Shown: positions 1 to 11,635, numbered from the stretch's first letter. The stretch is DNA of 36,878 nt from a bacterium (GCA_041946805.1 JBHGBC010000053.1:1-36878), one strand, 5' to 3'. Program-made: numbers and translations. Notes: generated by a model not told the origin, from the sequence alone.

Positions 1-473
1 TGGTTTTGCTGTTGCTGCTGGTTCTTGTTCTGGTCGATCTGTTCCTTCAGTTTGCGGCGGGCCAGTTCGAGGTTGTATTTGGCGTCCTCGTCATCCGGAT
101 TGAGGCGCAGGGACTGGATGTACGATTCGATGGCTTTCGCGTAATCCTCCATCCGGTAGCAGGCGTTGCCGATGCCGTAATGGGCCTTGGCTTCCAATTT
201 TTCATCCGGCGCGCCCGCCACCTTCTGGTACTCCGCAATGGCTTTTTCATAATCGCCCGCGCGGAACCAGGCATTGCCGATGTTGAAGTGCAGTTCCGGC
301 GATTCGGGAGCGTAGGTGGCCGCGATGTCGGTATACTGTTGAACGGCCTCCTCGTACTTGCCTTCCGCGTAGATCTTATTGGCCTCCTCCACGCGGTCCC
401 GCAGCGGATTGATCCACCCCGCCTGCGCCAGGGCCAAAAATCCAATCAACAGCCAAGGGCTTGCCTTTTTCAT
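1..473 (-). CDS. batC: TPR-repeat protein, BatC-like (3' part runs off the window; not in ORF track)
   Basis: ATG at 473 overlaps the batB TGA (ATGA). Manual translation MKKASPWLLIGFLALAQAGW...ANKIYAEGKYEEAVQQY...LHFNIGNAWFRAGDYEKAIAEY...HYGIGNACYRMEDYAKAIESYIQSLRLNPDDEDAKYNLELARRKLKEQ..QQQQ gives a signal peptide, TPRs and a Q-rich tail, directly after two VWA genes. Confidence 0.8.
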   Translation of the reverse strand, partial: MKKASPWLLIGFLALAQAGWINPLRDRVEEANKIYAEGKYEEAVQQYTDIAATYAPESPELHFNIGNAWFRAGDYEKAIAEYQKVAGAPDEKLEAKAHYGIGNACYRMEDYAKAIESYIQSLRLNPDDEDAKYNLELARRKLKEQIDQNKNQQQQQN

Positions 474-1555
474 TGACTCGCCTCCTTCTCCAGCACCGGG
501 ATCCGGGAGGCGGCCGCCTCCGGATGAGTAAAACCACCGACCGTGCGCTGGACAATCCGTTTCCGGCCGGTCAGCAGCATCTCGGCCACGAGCAGAACCA
601 GGGCTGGAAAGAGGAAAAATTGAAACCGCTCCTCGTATTGCGAAAGGAAGCGGGTTTGCAGCAGGCGTTGCTGGCGGCGTTCTTCCATGTGGTCATAGAT
701 CGACTGCAGTTCCAACGAATCGGCCCGCGCGGGGTAATAGGCGCCGCCGGTGGCCAGGCAGATGGATCGCAACGTTTCCTCGTCCAGTTTGCTCGTCACC
801 ACGTTGCCGGATTTGTCTTTCAAGTATTCCTGCAGCGCGCCGCCCTCGTTCCGCAAGGGAATGGGCACTCCCAGGGGATTGCCGATGCCGATCGCGTAAA
901 TCATCACGCCTTCCTTCGCCGCTTGTTCGGCGGCCGCCTTGGGGTCCTCCACCGTGTCCTCGCCGTCCGTGATGAGAATTATAATCCGCGACTCCCGTTC
1001 GCCGGGGGGGAACGACTCCAGGCACTTGCGGATGGCGCGGGAAACCGCGGTGCCGGGCACGGGGACGGATCCGACTTCGACCTCGCTGAGCAGGATCTTG
1101 GCGGCGGAATAGTCGAGGGTGAGCGGACATTGCACGAAGGCGTCGCCCGAGAAGATCACCAGGCCGACGCGGTTGCCCTGCAGTTTGTCGATGAGTTCAT
1201 TCAGTTCGAACTTGGCCTTGGCCAGCCGGTTGGGTTTCATGTCCTCGGCCAGCATGCTGCGGGACACGTCCAGGGCCACGAGGATGTCATGGCCGCGGGA
1301 CACGAGGATTTGCTCGCGTTGTCCCCACAAGGGGCGGGAGAGGGCGATCAGGGAGAAGGCGAAGACGAAAAAAAGAAGGACCAGCTTGGCTTTTTGCTGG
1401 GCCCGGCTGACACCCTCCATCAACCGTTCCACGAGATCCGGATTGCCGAAGCGCCGCAGCGCCTCGATCCGCCGTTTCCACGCCCAGCGCAGGAACAGGC
1501 CCAACGGAATCAACAGCCACAACATATTGAGATTGACATGGTCACCGAACATCAT
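470..1555 (-). CDS. batB: VWA-domain membrane protein, BatB-like
   Basis: N-terminal TM helices, MIDAS motif DVSRSM, 'AEDMKPNRLAKAK', 'PLTLDY', 'LITDGED', 'VVTSKLDEETL', C-terminal TM. Confidence 0.85.
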   Translation of the reverse strand: MMFGDHVNLNMLWLLIPLGLFLRWAWKRRIEALRRFGNPDLVERLMEGVSRAQQKAKLVLLFFVFAFSLIALSRPLWGQREQILVSRGHDILVALDVSRSMLAEDMKPNRLAKAKFELNELIDKLQGNRVGLVIFSGDAFVQCPLTLDYSAAKILLSEVEVGSVPVPGTAVSRAIRKCLESFPPGERESRIIILITDGEDTVEDPKAAAEQAAKEGVMIYAIGIGNPLGVPIPLRNEGGALQEYLKDKSGNVVTSKLDEETLRSICLATGGAYYPARADSLELQSIYDHMEERRQQRLLQTRFLSQYEERFQFFLFPALVLLVAEMLLTGRKRIVQRTVGGFTHPEAAASRIPVLEKEASQ

Positions 1556-2571
1556 GGCAGTTTCCGGAAACGCGTATTGGACAACAGTATTTCCACAAAC
1601 AGCAGGCCCAGGGCCGGATTGAGAAAATAGGGGAACAGTTCACGGAAGCGGCGGTTCCCTTCCGAACGGATTTTCGATTTTTCGAGTTCGTCGATGGCCG
1701 TGAAAATGTTCTTGAAGCTGGCCGTGTCGGTGGCGCGGAAATACTTGCCGCCGGTGGTCTCGGCGATCTGGCGGAGCGAGTTTTCATCGATCCGTTCCGC
1801 TTCCGGCACGGGCTTCATGATGGGGCCGAACAGGGGATGCTCCTGGAGGATGTAGGGCGTGCCGCGGCCGCCCACGCCGATGCTGTGGATTTTCACTCCC
1901 ATGGCCTTGGCCATCTCGGCCGCGGTCAAGGGATCGATCTGCCCGGCGTTGTTCGCCCCGTCGGTGATCAGGATGATGACCTTCGACTTGGATTCGGTAT
2001 GGCGGAGGTGATTGAGCGCGGATGCGATGGCGTTGCCGATGGCCGTGCTGTTGCCCGGAATCATGTCGATGCGCACATCGTTGAGGAAATTCTGGACGAT
2101 GCCGTAATCCACGGTGAGAGGGCATTGCAGAAACGCATCGGTGGCGAACACCAGCATCCCGATGCGGTCGTACCGGCGCCCCTCGATGAAGGATTTGACG
2201 ACCTCCTTGGTCACGTCGAGCCGGGTGCGTTTTTTCTGCACGTCCAGATCGATGAGAATCATGCTGTTGGAGACGTCCAGGGTCAGCATGATGTCCACTC
2301 CCTCGGTGAACACCTCGCTGGTGATCAGTTCGGCCTGGGGCCGGGCCAGCGCCAGGATGAAGAGGGTCAACACGATCAACCGCGCGCCGAAGAGCAGATG
2401 GCGGATTTTATGCGACAGCGGAGGGCGGTTGCCGGTGATGCCAAAAACCTTCTTGATCCGGCTGATGTCCGAATAGAAAAGCGGCGCGGCCCCTTGCCGG
2501 CGGGAGTGCCGCCACGCCAGGAGGGGAACCAGGAGCAGGAGCAGCAGGAATCCTTGGTAGGCGAATCGCAT
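1552..2571 (-). CDS. batA: VWA-domain membrane protein, BatA-like
   Basis: Likely start MRFAYQ at 2571 (TGATG overlap with the upstream gene). 'ALARPQ', DVSNSM MIDAS, 'STAIGNAIASA', 'SKSKVIILITDGANNAG', 'IAETTGGKYFRA'. Confidence 0.88.
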   Translation of the reverse strand: MRFAYQGFLLLLLLVPLLAWRHSRRQGAAPLFYSDISRIKKVFGITGNRPPLSHKIRHLLFGARLIVLTLFILALARPQAELITSEVFTEGVDIMLTLDVSNSMILIDLDVQKKRTRLDVTKEVVKSFIEGRRYDRIGMLVFATDAFLQCPLTVDYGIVQNFLNDVRIDMIPGNSTAIGNAIASALNHLRHTESKSKVIILITDGANNAGQIDPLTAAEMAKAMGVKIHSIGVGGRGTPYILQEHPLFGPIMKPVPEAERIDENSLRQIAETTGGKYFRATDTASFKNIFTAIDELEKSKIRSEGNRRFRELFPYFLNPALGLLFVEILLSNTRFRKLP

Positions 2572-3614
2572 CAGGCTTCTCCCATTCCGGCCGCGGCGGG
2601 GACGCCCGCGGATTCCGGTTCCGCCGGACCGGCCGCGTCCGGCGGAAGAATCCGCTCCTCCTGCGTGCGTTCCACGATCGTCTCCGCCACGCCGATCAGT
2701 GACTCCAACTCCGAAGCGGGCAGTTCGTGCTTGGCGAATTTCATCAAGTCGCATTGCCGGAAGAACGATTGGAACAATTCCAGAACGCCCTCCGGCAGGC
2801 TGACACCCGAAAGTTCCTCCAAGACCTCGTCCGTGGTGTCCTCCAGCGCGGTGATCCGCCAGCGCCGGCCGATATACACGCGGAGGATTTCGCTCACCCG
2901 CGTGGAAAACTCCTTGTATTGCCGGCCCTCGATCAGGTCCTGGCGTTTACGGAGTTCGCGCAGCTCCTGGAGAGCCTGGAGATGGGGAGGCAGCGGCGGG
3001 ACCACGGGCGGCGGGGTTTCCTTGTTTTTGTAATACCGCCGGATGAAATACGCCGCGAGGGCGATGAACAGCAGTGTCCCCAACGCGGTCCAAATGATCC
3101 AGGCGCGCGACGGGCCTTCCAGCACCACGGGATCCTTGATGTCCCGGATGTCCAGGTTTTCCGACTCTTCCGGCGTGAGGCTGCGGACCTTGATCTTCAT
3201 GGGACTGGTCTGGACCGAACCCTCCCGGCCGTCTTCGGTGCGGAAGTGAATGGCCAACGGCGGAATTTCGAATTCGCCGGTGAAAAAAGTGGACAGGCGG
3301 TAATCAATGGTCCGCCGGAGCCGGCCGCCGTCCAGTTTTTCCTCGCTGCCGGGATTGATATCCTTGATCTCGAACTGCCCCAGCTCGGCCGCGGTTTCCC
3401 GTTCCAGGATGGTCACGTCCGGACCGTGTGTCACCGTGACGGTGAGGTGGAAGACGTCCCCGATGAGGATTTCGCTGCGGTCCACACTCGTCTCCACGCT
3501 GGGATACAGCGCGGCGGGAATGGTTCCGGTCGCGCTGGAAGTCTCCGGGGCGGCCGCCAGCAGAGTGAGGTGCAGGGAAAAAAGAGTATGAAGCCAAAGG
3601 CCGTGAATCATCAT
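2571..3614 (-). CDS. BatD-like / DUF4381-like exported membrane protein of the MoxR-VWA operon
   Basis: Signal peptide, Ig-like 'TSVDRSEILIGD' domain, 'IRDIKDP', TM helix, 'ALQEL', 'LRVYI', 'TTDE', 'DLMKFAK'. Typical gene between DUF58 and batA. Confidence 0.7.
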   Translation of the reverse strand: MMIHGLWLHTLFSLHLTLLAAAPETSSATGTIPAALYPSVETSVDRSEILIGDVFHLTVTVTHGPDVTILERETAAELGQFEIKDINPGSEEKLDGGRLRRTIDYRLSTFFTGEFEIPPLAIHFRTEDGREGSVQTSPMKIKVRSLTPEESENLDIRDIKDPVVLEGPSRAWIIWTALGTLLFIALAAYFIRRYYKNKETPPPVVPPLPPHLQALQELRELRKRQDLIEGRQYKEFSTRVSEILRVYIGRRWRITALEDTTDEVLEELSGVSLPEGVLELFQSFFRQCDLMKFAKHELPASELESLIGVAETIVERTQEERILPPDAAGPAEPESAGVPAAAGMGEA

Positions 3615-3638
3615 CTCGGCAATATCGTTCCTTCTATC

Positions 3639-4946
3639 CTAATCCGATTGCCCGGAATTCGGTTGCCCCGGCGCCGGTTGCCGTGGATTCGGCGGCCCTG
3701 CCGGAGCCGGACCCGGCTCCACCAGGGACGGGTCGAAGATCTTGACGGTTTCCGCCTTCAACAGACGCTGTACCAGATCATTTTGCAACTCGAGGGCCTT
3801 GCGTTGCCAGACCTGGCGTTCCACCTGGGATTGCACCTCCTCCAGGGGCAGCCGCCGTCCGGGAGTCCGCTGCAGGACTTTGAACAGGTGATACCCGTTG
3901 GGGCCCTGGATGGGGCCGCTGACCTGGTTCTCCGCCAGGGCGAGCAGTTGATCCGCGATATCCTTGGCGGGGCCGATGCCGGGCACCGTGTCCCGCCCTT
4001 CCTGGAGGGTCCCCAACTCGCCGCCGCGGTTTTTGGTCTGGGCGTCTTCGGAAAATTCCGTCACCGCCTGCTCGAAAGGCTTGCCTTCGTCGATGGCTTT
4101 TTTGACTTCCTGGGCTTTTTCCGGGGTGGAGACTTGGATGTGCGCGAGCCGCAGGGTCAGCGGGACGGTGTATTCCTCCGGATGGGCCTGGTAGTACAAT
4201 TCGATGTCTCCGGGCGTGACCTGGACCTTCCGGCGGACTTCCTCTTCCATGATCCGGTTCGCCAGCAGCATTTTCTCGAAATCGCGCACCTGCTTGCGGA
4301 TGTCCTTATTCTTATCGTATTCCTTGCGCAGGGCCATGTCGTAGAAGAGTTCCTGGATCAAGCGGGATTGCAGGTATTCCCGTTTCTTTTCCGGATCCTC
4401 GTAGATCTTGCGCTGAGCCTCGGGGAGTTGGTCCAACTCCCGCTCCAGTTGATCGCGCGTGATTTGGCGGCCGCCGATTTGCGCCACGACCGGGCCGGTC
4501 CCCGGTTCTTCCTCCTCCGGCTTGAGGTCGGTCAATTGTTTCAGTTTCCGTTGGGCGTCGGAGCCGCGGCGCAGTTCCTCGAAACAACGCACCATCCGCA
4601 TTTCCGCCTCGCGGGTCACGGACGCCTTGGGGTAGAGGTGGCTGATACGGATGAACGAGGCCAGCGCGTTTTCGTAATCGGCCAGTTGGTCCAGGTACAG
4701 CGTGCCGATCCGGTAGAGCAGGTTGGCCCGCTGCTCTTCCGGAATCGAGGCCGTATCGAGATACCGGGTGTATTCGTCCACCGCTTCTTGATACAGCCCT
4801 TGCGCCTCGAGGGCGGCGGCCAGGGTCCGGTGTTGCTCCGGAAGCATGGTTGAAGCGGGCTGGGAGCCGCCCGGGCCGAGCAGCACCAAAACCAGGATCA
4901 CGAGCAGCAATCCGATCGTCAACGTGGAAACAACAATGTCCCGCAT
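3639..4946 (-). CDS. Membrane-anchored TPR plus PpiC/parvulin-type peptidyl-prolyl isomerase (SurA/PrsA-like)
   Basis: N-terminal TM, TPR-like helices, SurA-N-like 'VVAQIGGRQIT', rotamase motifs 'RLAHIQV', 'FSEDAQTKNRGGELG', 'VSGPIQGPNGYHLFKV'. Confidence 0.8.
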   Translation of the reverse strand: MRDIVVSTLTIGLLLVILVLVLLGPGGSQPASTMLPEQHRTLAAALEAQGLYQEAVDEYTRYLDTASIPEEQRANLLYRIGTLYLDQLADYENALASFIRISHLYPKASVTREAEMRMVRCFEELRRGSDAQRKLKQLTDLKPEEEEPGTGPVVAQIGGRQITRDQLERELDQLPEAQRKIYEDPEKKREYLQSRLIQELFYDMALRKEYDKNKDIRKQVRDFEKMLLANRIMEEEVRRKVQVTPGDIELYYQAHPEEYTVPLTLRLAHIQVSTPEKAQEVKKAIDEGKPFEQAVTEFSEDAQTKNRGGELGTLQEGRDTVPGIGPAKDIADQLLALAENQVSGPIQGPNGYHLFKVLQRTPGRRLPLEEVQSQVERQVWQRKALELQNDLVQRLLKAETVKIFDPSLVEPGPAPAGPPNPRQPAPGQPNSGQSD

Positions 4947-4979
4947 GGGTTTACCTCGCAGCCTCCTCCCGCAACCGCC

Positions 4980-5855
4980 TCAGTAGCGCCGGGCCCGCTG
5001 TTGAAAGAACCGGACCAAGGGATCGATGTACGGCCGGTCCGTGCGGACGGGAACATGATCCACCCGCATGCGCTTGAAGGTTTTCGTCATCTGATTCAGA
5101 TCGGCGGAGGCCGTATCGGCCAGCCGTTGCCGGATTTTCGCGTCGTACGTATCGATGATCACGATCTCGCCGGTCTCCGCGTCCTGCAGTTCGAGAAAAC
5201 CAATGGGCGGCATTTCGATCTCGCGGGGATCGGTGATGCTGATGGTGATCAGGTCGTGGCGGTTGTTCATCATCCGCAGCGCGTCTTCGTAACCGGCGTT
5301 GAGAAAATCGGACAACAGGAACACCACGGTCTTCCGGGTCAGAATCTTGCCCAGAAAATCCATCGCCGACTTGATGTCGGTCGAACCGCCCGCGGGCTGG
5401 AACATCAAGAGTTCGCGGATCAGCCGGAGAACGTGTTTTTTGCCCTTCTTGGGGGGAATGAATTTCTCCACCCGGTCGGTGAAAAGCACCAGGCCGACGC
5501 GGTCGTTGTTCTTGATGGCCGAGAAAGCCAGCACCGCCGAGAGTTCCACGGCCAGTTCGCCCTTCATCTTTTCGGCCGTGCCGAAGAGGCTGGAGGACGA
5601 GGCGTCGACCGCCAGCATGACCGTCAGTTCCCGCTCCTCGCGGAAGCGTTTGACGAACGGGCTGCCCATGCGCGCGGTGACGTTCCAGTCGATGGTGCGG
5701 ATGTCGTCGCCGTGCATGTATTCCCGCACTTCCTCAAACTCCACGCCCCGCCCCTTGAAGACCGAGTGGTATTCGCCGGCCAGGACGTCGTTGACCATGC
5801 GGTTGGTGCGGATTTCGATCCGCCGGATTTTCCGGATCAGTTCCCGTGGAATCAT
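4980..5855 (-). CDS. DUF58 family protein (MoxR-associated, VWA-like)
   Basis: 'GEYHSVFKGRGVEFEEVREYMHGDDIRTIDWNVTAR', 'FREERELTVML', 'NNDRVGL', 'FLLSDF'. Confidence 0.93.
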   Translation of the reverse strand: MIPRELIRKIRRIEIRTNRMVNDVLAGEYHSVFKGRGVEFEEVREYMHGDDIRTIDWNVTARMGSPFVKRFREERELTVMLAVDASSSSLFGTAEKMKGELAVELSAVLAFSAIKNNDRVGLVLFTDRVEKFIPPKKGKKHVLRLIRELLMFQPAGGSTDIKSAMDFLGKILTRKTVVFLLSDFLNAGYEDALRMMNNRHDLITISITDPREIEMPPIGFLELQDAETGEIVIIDTYDAKIRQRLADTASADLNQMTKTFKRMRVDHVPVRTDRPYIDPLVRFFQQRARRY

Positions 5856-6754
5856 GCCGGTCGATCTCCCCCCGGGGGGGCGGTCTCTTCACGGGGCCGG
5901 GCGGCCCGGCTCCGGGCTTCCGCCAATTGCCCCTGCAGTTGTTGCAGTTGCTGAATCAAAACCTGGTGCTGGGCTCCATGCTGGCGGAGTTCACGCTGCT
6001 GCTGAAAGGTCCGTTTGAATATTTGATCGAACAAAGCGTCCCGTTCATTCCGGTACCGCCGCTTGATGATCCGCTCGTTGACCGGATACGCCCCGCTTTC
6101 GCGGATGTTGGAGTTGTCGTCGCGCCGCCGGTATTCCCCGGTGATCTTCGGGATGTGTTGGAAGGGGAAGACGCGCGACAGGCGGATCAAAAATTCCCAG
6201 TCCTCGAGAATGGTCAAGGATTCATCGAACGGCCCCACCCGGTCGAAGCAGTCCCGCCGGATGGCCAGGCAATGGATGGGGATGTAATTGGCCAACAGAA
6301 AATTGTCGGCGTCGAAATCGAACGAATACACTAGTTGTTCCTTGGCCCGGATCCATTCGCCCGTGCGGGGATCCGGCTGATACGTCACGTTCAGGACATC
6401 GCTGTAGACAACGGGCCGCCGTTCCGGCCGGGCGGCTTCCATCAAGGTTTGCAAGTGGTCCGGATACACCACGTCGTCGTCATCCAAAAATCCGATATAT
6501 TCCCCCCCCGCCGCCTCCACGCCGTGGTTCAAGCCGGCGGTGCGCCCCCGGTTCTCGGCATGGCGGAGGTAGCGAAAGGGCAGCGTTCCCAGTTCCTGGA
6601 GCAGAAGCGGTTCCACGTCCTCGCCCGCGTCGTTCACGACCACGGTCTCGAAATCCCGCCAGGTTTGTTGGTGGAGCGAATGCAGGCATTCCCGCAGCCG
6701 CCGGGGGCGGTTGCAGGTGCGCACGACGATGGAAACCGCGGGAGTGTGCGTCAT
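5852..6754 (-). CDS. Glycosyltransferase family 2 with C-terminal coiled coil
   Basis: 'VSIVVRTCNRP', 'VVVNDAG', 'YIGFLDDDD' (DXD), 'FDESLTILEDWEFLIR', Q/L-rich C-terminus. Confidence 0.9.
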   Translation of the reverse strand: MTHTPAVSIVVRTCNRPRRLRECLHSLHQQTWRDFETVVVNDAGEDVEPLLLQELGTLPFRYLRHAENRGRTAGLNHGVEAAGGEYIGFLDDDDVVYPDHLQTLMEAARPERRPVVYSDVLNVTYQPDPRTGEWIRAKEQLVYSFDFDADNFLLANYIPIHCLAIRRDCFDRVGPFDESLTILEDWEFLIRLSRVFPFQHIPKITGEYRRRDDNSNIRESGAYPVNERIIKRRYRNERDALFDQIFKRTFQQQRELRQHGAQHQVLIQQLQQLQGQLAEARSRAARPREETAPPGGDRPA

Positions 6755-6770
6755 GACGCGCCGCTCCGTC

Positions 6771-7775
6771 TCAGGGAACTTCCACGGTGTCGAAGATCCG
6801 CTGCACCACCTGCTCGGGCGTCATTTCTTCCGCTTCCGCCTCGTAGCTGAGGATCACGCGGTGGCGCAGCACGTCCATGCCGATGGATTTCACGTCTTCG
6901 GGCGTCACGTAGCCGCGGCCCTTGATGAACGCGTGAGCCTTGGCGGCGGCGGTCAGGTAGATGGTGGCGCGGGGCGAGGCTCCGTATTCGATCAGGTCCT
7001 CGATGTTCAGGTTGTACATCCGCGGAACCCGGGTGGCGAACACGATGTCCACGATATAATCCCGGATTTTGCTGTCCACGTAGACCTGCCGCACGACCTT
7101 TTGCGCCTGATTGATCCGTTCGGGATCGAGGACCGGTTCTGGCTGTTCGACCTCCTCGCCGGTCATCCGGTCGAGGATGGCCCGTTCCTCCACCTTGGTG
7201 GGATAGGTCACCTTGAGCTTGAGCATGAAGCGGTCGACCTGAGCCTCGGGGAGCGGGTAGGTGCCTTCCTGCTCGATGGGGTTTTGCGTGGCCATGACCA
7301 GAAAGGGGGCCGGCAAGGGGTAGGTGGTGTCGCCGATGGTCACCTGTTTTTCCTGCATGGCTTCCAGCAGGGCGCTCTGGACCTTGGCCGGCGCGCGGTT
7401 GATCTCGTCCGCCAGGATGACATGGGCGAAGAGCGGCCCTTTCTTGGGGACGAAGGCCCCGGTCTGCTGGTTGTAGATCATGGTCCCGATGAGGTCGGCG
7501 GGGAGCAGGTCGGGAGTGAACTGGATGCGTTGGAACGACGCGCGGATGGTTTTGGCCAATGTCGAAACGGTGAGCGTCTTGGCCAGTCCGGGGACGCCTT
7601 CCAGCAGTACGTGACCGCCGGTCAACAGGCCGATCAGCAGGCGTTCGATCATGTAGCGCTGGCCGACGATAACGCGGTCGATCTGTGCAATCAGGGAAGG
7701 AATAAAAGAGCTTTCCTGCCGAATTCGTTCCGCGAGGGCATGGATATCGTGACTGGATGACACGGCTTCTACCAC
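6771..7775 (-). CDS. moxR: MoxR family AAA+ ATPase (MRP subfamily)
   Basis: Walker A 'LLEGVPGLAKT', 'RIQFTPDLLPADLIG', Walker B 'ILADEINRAPAKVQSALLEAMQE', 'ATQNPIEQEGTYPLPEAQVDRF', 'GASPRA'. Confidence 0.96.
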   Translation of the reverse strand: MVEAVSSSHDIHALAERIRQESSFIPSLIAQIDRVIVGQRYMIERLLIGLLTGGHVLLEGVPGLAKTLTVSTLAKTIRASFQRIQFTPDLLPADLIGTMIYNQQTGAFVPKKGPLFAHVILADEINRAPAKVQSALLEAMQEKQVTIGDTTYPLPAPFLVMATQNPIEQEGTYPLPEAQVDRFMLKLKVTYPTKVEERAILDRMTGEEVEQPEPVLDPERINQAQKVVRQVYVDSKIRDYIVDIVFATRVPRMYNLNIEDLIEYGASPRATIYLTAAAKAHAFIKGRGYVTPEDVKSIGMDVLRHRVILSYEAEAEEMTPEQVVQRIFDTVEVP

Positions 7776-7888
7776 GTACGCAGTCCTCCTTTGCCATCAA
7801 GCGATCTTATTCATCAATCCATTCGCGCCGCCGGGCCCGGCAATCCCCGGATACCCGCTGCCGGACCGCCCATCGTGACTATAGCGGT

Positions 7889-8785
7889 TTATAAATGGGA
7901 GACCAAGCGCCGGGCCTCGTCCATAATCCTGTCCATCTGATCCTGAGAGGGGACGCTGGGCGCGAACTTGATCTGTTCGCATTCGTCCAGAAAGCGCGCC
8001 AGGACCGTATCCTCCGGTTCGTCCAGACAGCCGCGGAACGCGGACAAGCCGCCTTCGATGTCCGGCCGGCGGTTTTGCAACGCCAGCCGCACCGCTTTTT
8101 CCAGCATCCGGACGTACCGCCCGCGGTCCCCCTCGACGCGGTGCCGTTCCGCCGCTTCCAACGCCTCGAGGGCGGGATCCTTCACGGCTTCCGGCTGGAC
8201 GGTTGATTCAACCTGTCTGGAACGTCTCCACATCCATAGAGTAACGCAAACCACGGTCAACAGACCAACAACGCCGCCGGCCTGGACAAGGGGATTGCGG
8301 GCCGCGTTCCCCAGGAAGACACGCCAGGAGAATGGCTCGGGCAGGACCGTCAGGACCAGGGAGGGCGCGGTGAGATAGGCTTCCTCACCCGCCGTGTCCT
8401 GAGCCGGCCGGGTGTACGAGACCGCCGAGGCCCCGATGACGGCCTCGCCCTCGCTTTCCGGCCGCAGGGAGTACAGAAACTCCTTTTCGTTGAACAACCG
8501 CCCGCCTTCCCCACCGGCGCGGAGGATGGTGGAGCGGGCCAAAATCTTGAGATTTTCAAAAATCGGTTCTTTTTTGATTTCGGGATTGATCCCCGGCCCG
8601 CCGTTGTACCAGCGGACGATGATCCGCCATTCGAAGGGCGTCCGCGCGTGGACCGTTTCGGGGATAGGCCCCTCGGTGCGCAGGGAAATTTCCAACGAGG
8701 CCGTGGCCGGCGCGGGGGTGGCTCCCGATGGTTCGGAATCCGCGGCGTGGAGGGCCGGAACCAGACCGAGGAGGCAGACCGCCAC
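7889..8785 (-). CDS. BatD-like exported protein with C-terminal TM (start uncertain)
   Basis: Part of ORF 7889..8995, whose 5' end overlaps the upstream gene. The hydrophobic signal 'VAVCLLGLVPALHA' suggests a start near GTG 8785. Beta-rich domain ('FLYSLRPESEGEAVIGA'), TM helix and 'EQIKFAP' tail resemble the 2571..3614 protein. Confidence 0.55.
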   Translation of the reverse strand: MAVCLLGLVPALHAADSEPSGATPAPATASLEISLRTEGPIPETVHARTPFEWRIIVRWYNGGPGINPEIKKEPIFENLKILARSTILRAGGEGGRLFNEKEFLYSLRPESEGEAVIGASAVSYTRPAQDTAGEEAYLTAPSLVLTVLPEPFSWRVFLGNAARNPLVQAGGVVGLLTVVCVTLWMWRRSRQVESTVQPEAVKDPALEALEAAERHRVEGDRGRYVRMLEKAVRLALQNRRPDIEGGLSAFRGCLDEPEDTVLARFLDECEQIKFAPSVPSQDQMDRIMDEARRLVSHL

Positions 8786-8816
8786 CAGAAATTGGAAAGC
8801 CCGGCGGTTTTGGGTA

Positions 8817-9245
8817 TTACGGGGAGAGGGGTCTGGAAGCGGGAGCGAAGGTGCGCAACCGTTGTTCGACTTGGCGGAGAACATCCGCGTGGGGCTGGCG
8901 GAACGAGCGGATGGAATAAAGGACGGCGCGCAAGTCCTCCAACGCTTGACGTTCATTTTCGGTCTGGCCTTGTTCATGGTATCCATCGATGACACTCATG
9001 GCTCCCCGCAAGGCCTCCACAGCGTACGGATTGCCCGGGAAGTCATTGCGGATCGAGCCCAGGTACGCCTGGAAGGCTTCGTCCCACCGGCCGGCTTGCC
9101 CGGCTTGGGCGGCTTCGCGCACGGCATGGCTTGACATCCACGCCAGCCGGTAAATCAAGATCAGTGAACCGATGAGGACGATGCATATTGCTGTTCTCAG
9201 TACCGTTCGGAATTGCGGAAGGGGAAGGACTCCTCCTGAAAACAT
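8817..9245 (-). CDS. Small membrane-anchored hypothetical protein (TPR-like helices)
   Basis: N-terminal TM followed by a helical region; fills the gap in a co-oriented gene run. Confidence 0.55.
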   Translation of the reverse strand: MFSGGVLPLPQFRTVLRTAICIVLIGSLILIYRLAWMSSHAVREAAQAGQAGRWDEAFQAYLGSIRNDFPGNPYAVEALRGAMSVIDGYHEQGQTENERQALEDLRAVLYSIRSFRQPHADVLRQVEQRLRTFAPASRPLSP

Positions 9246-9266
9246 ACGGGAACGAAGGGGCCCGAA

Positions 9267-9581
9267 TCAGGCCGCCTCCTTGGTCGATGGTTCTTTTTTG
9301 GATTCCTTGGGAGATTCGCTTTTCGCCGAACTGGATTCCGGGACCGTGGACGCTTGGCCGTTCGTTTTTCCTTCACCGGAGGGGGAATACGATTTCCGCT
9401 TGTAATCGGTCTCGTAAAAACCGGATCCCTTGAAGATGATCCCCGCCCCGGTTCCGATCAAGCGGCGAACCTCCCCGGTGACATGGCATTGGGGGCATTC
9501 CTGCACGGGAGATTCCTTCATCGATTGAAACAATTCGAATTCCGATCCGCAATGATCGCAAACATAATCGTACGTCGGCAT
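9267..9581 (-). CDS. FmdB-family zinc-ribbon protein
   Basis: MPTYDYVCDHCG..FELFQSM..CPQC...RLIG..AGIIFKGSGFYETDY with an S/K-rich tail. AGGAGG RBS upstream of ATG 9581. Confidence 0.92.
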   Translation of the reverse strand: MPTYDYVCDHCGSEFELFQSMKESPVQECPQCHVTGEVRRLIGTGAGIIFKGSGFYETDYKRKSYSPSGEGKTNGQASTVPESSSAKSESPKESKKEPSTKEAA

Positions 9582-9632
9582 TTTTGACCTCCTCTGCCAA
9601 ATCATACCCTTGGACAGTAACGGCCTTGATAT

Positions 9633-9672
9633 AAAAAGAGTAACCGGGGGCTTGATTATTGAAAGCCCCCGG
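9633..9672 (-). terminator. Putative intrinsic terminator after dnaK
   Basis: 10-bp stem CCGGGGGCTT (9644-9653) / AAGCCCCCGG (9663-9672), followed on the minus strand by TTACTCTTTTT. Confidence 0.6.
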
Positions 9673-9694
9673 AGAGGTTCTGTCAATCGCCGGA

Positions 9695-11635
<1,941 letters not shown>

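Noticed and set aside
6751..7800. 349-aa alternative-frame ORF over moxR (also 21265..22053 and 35451..36593)
   Set aside because: Arg/Pro/Gly-rich off-frame or antisense translations that overlap confident genes.
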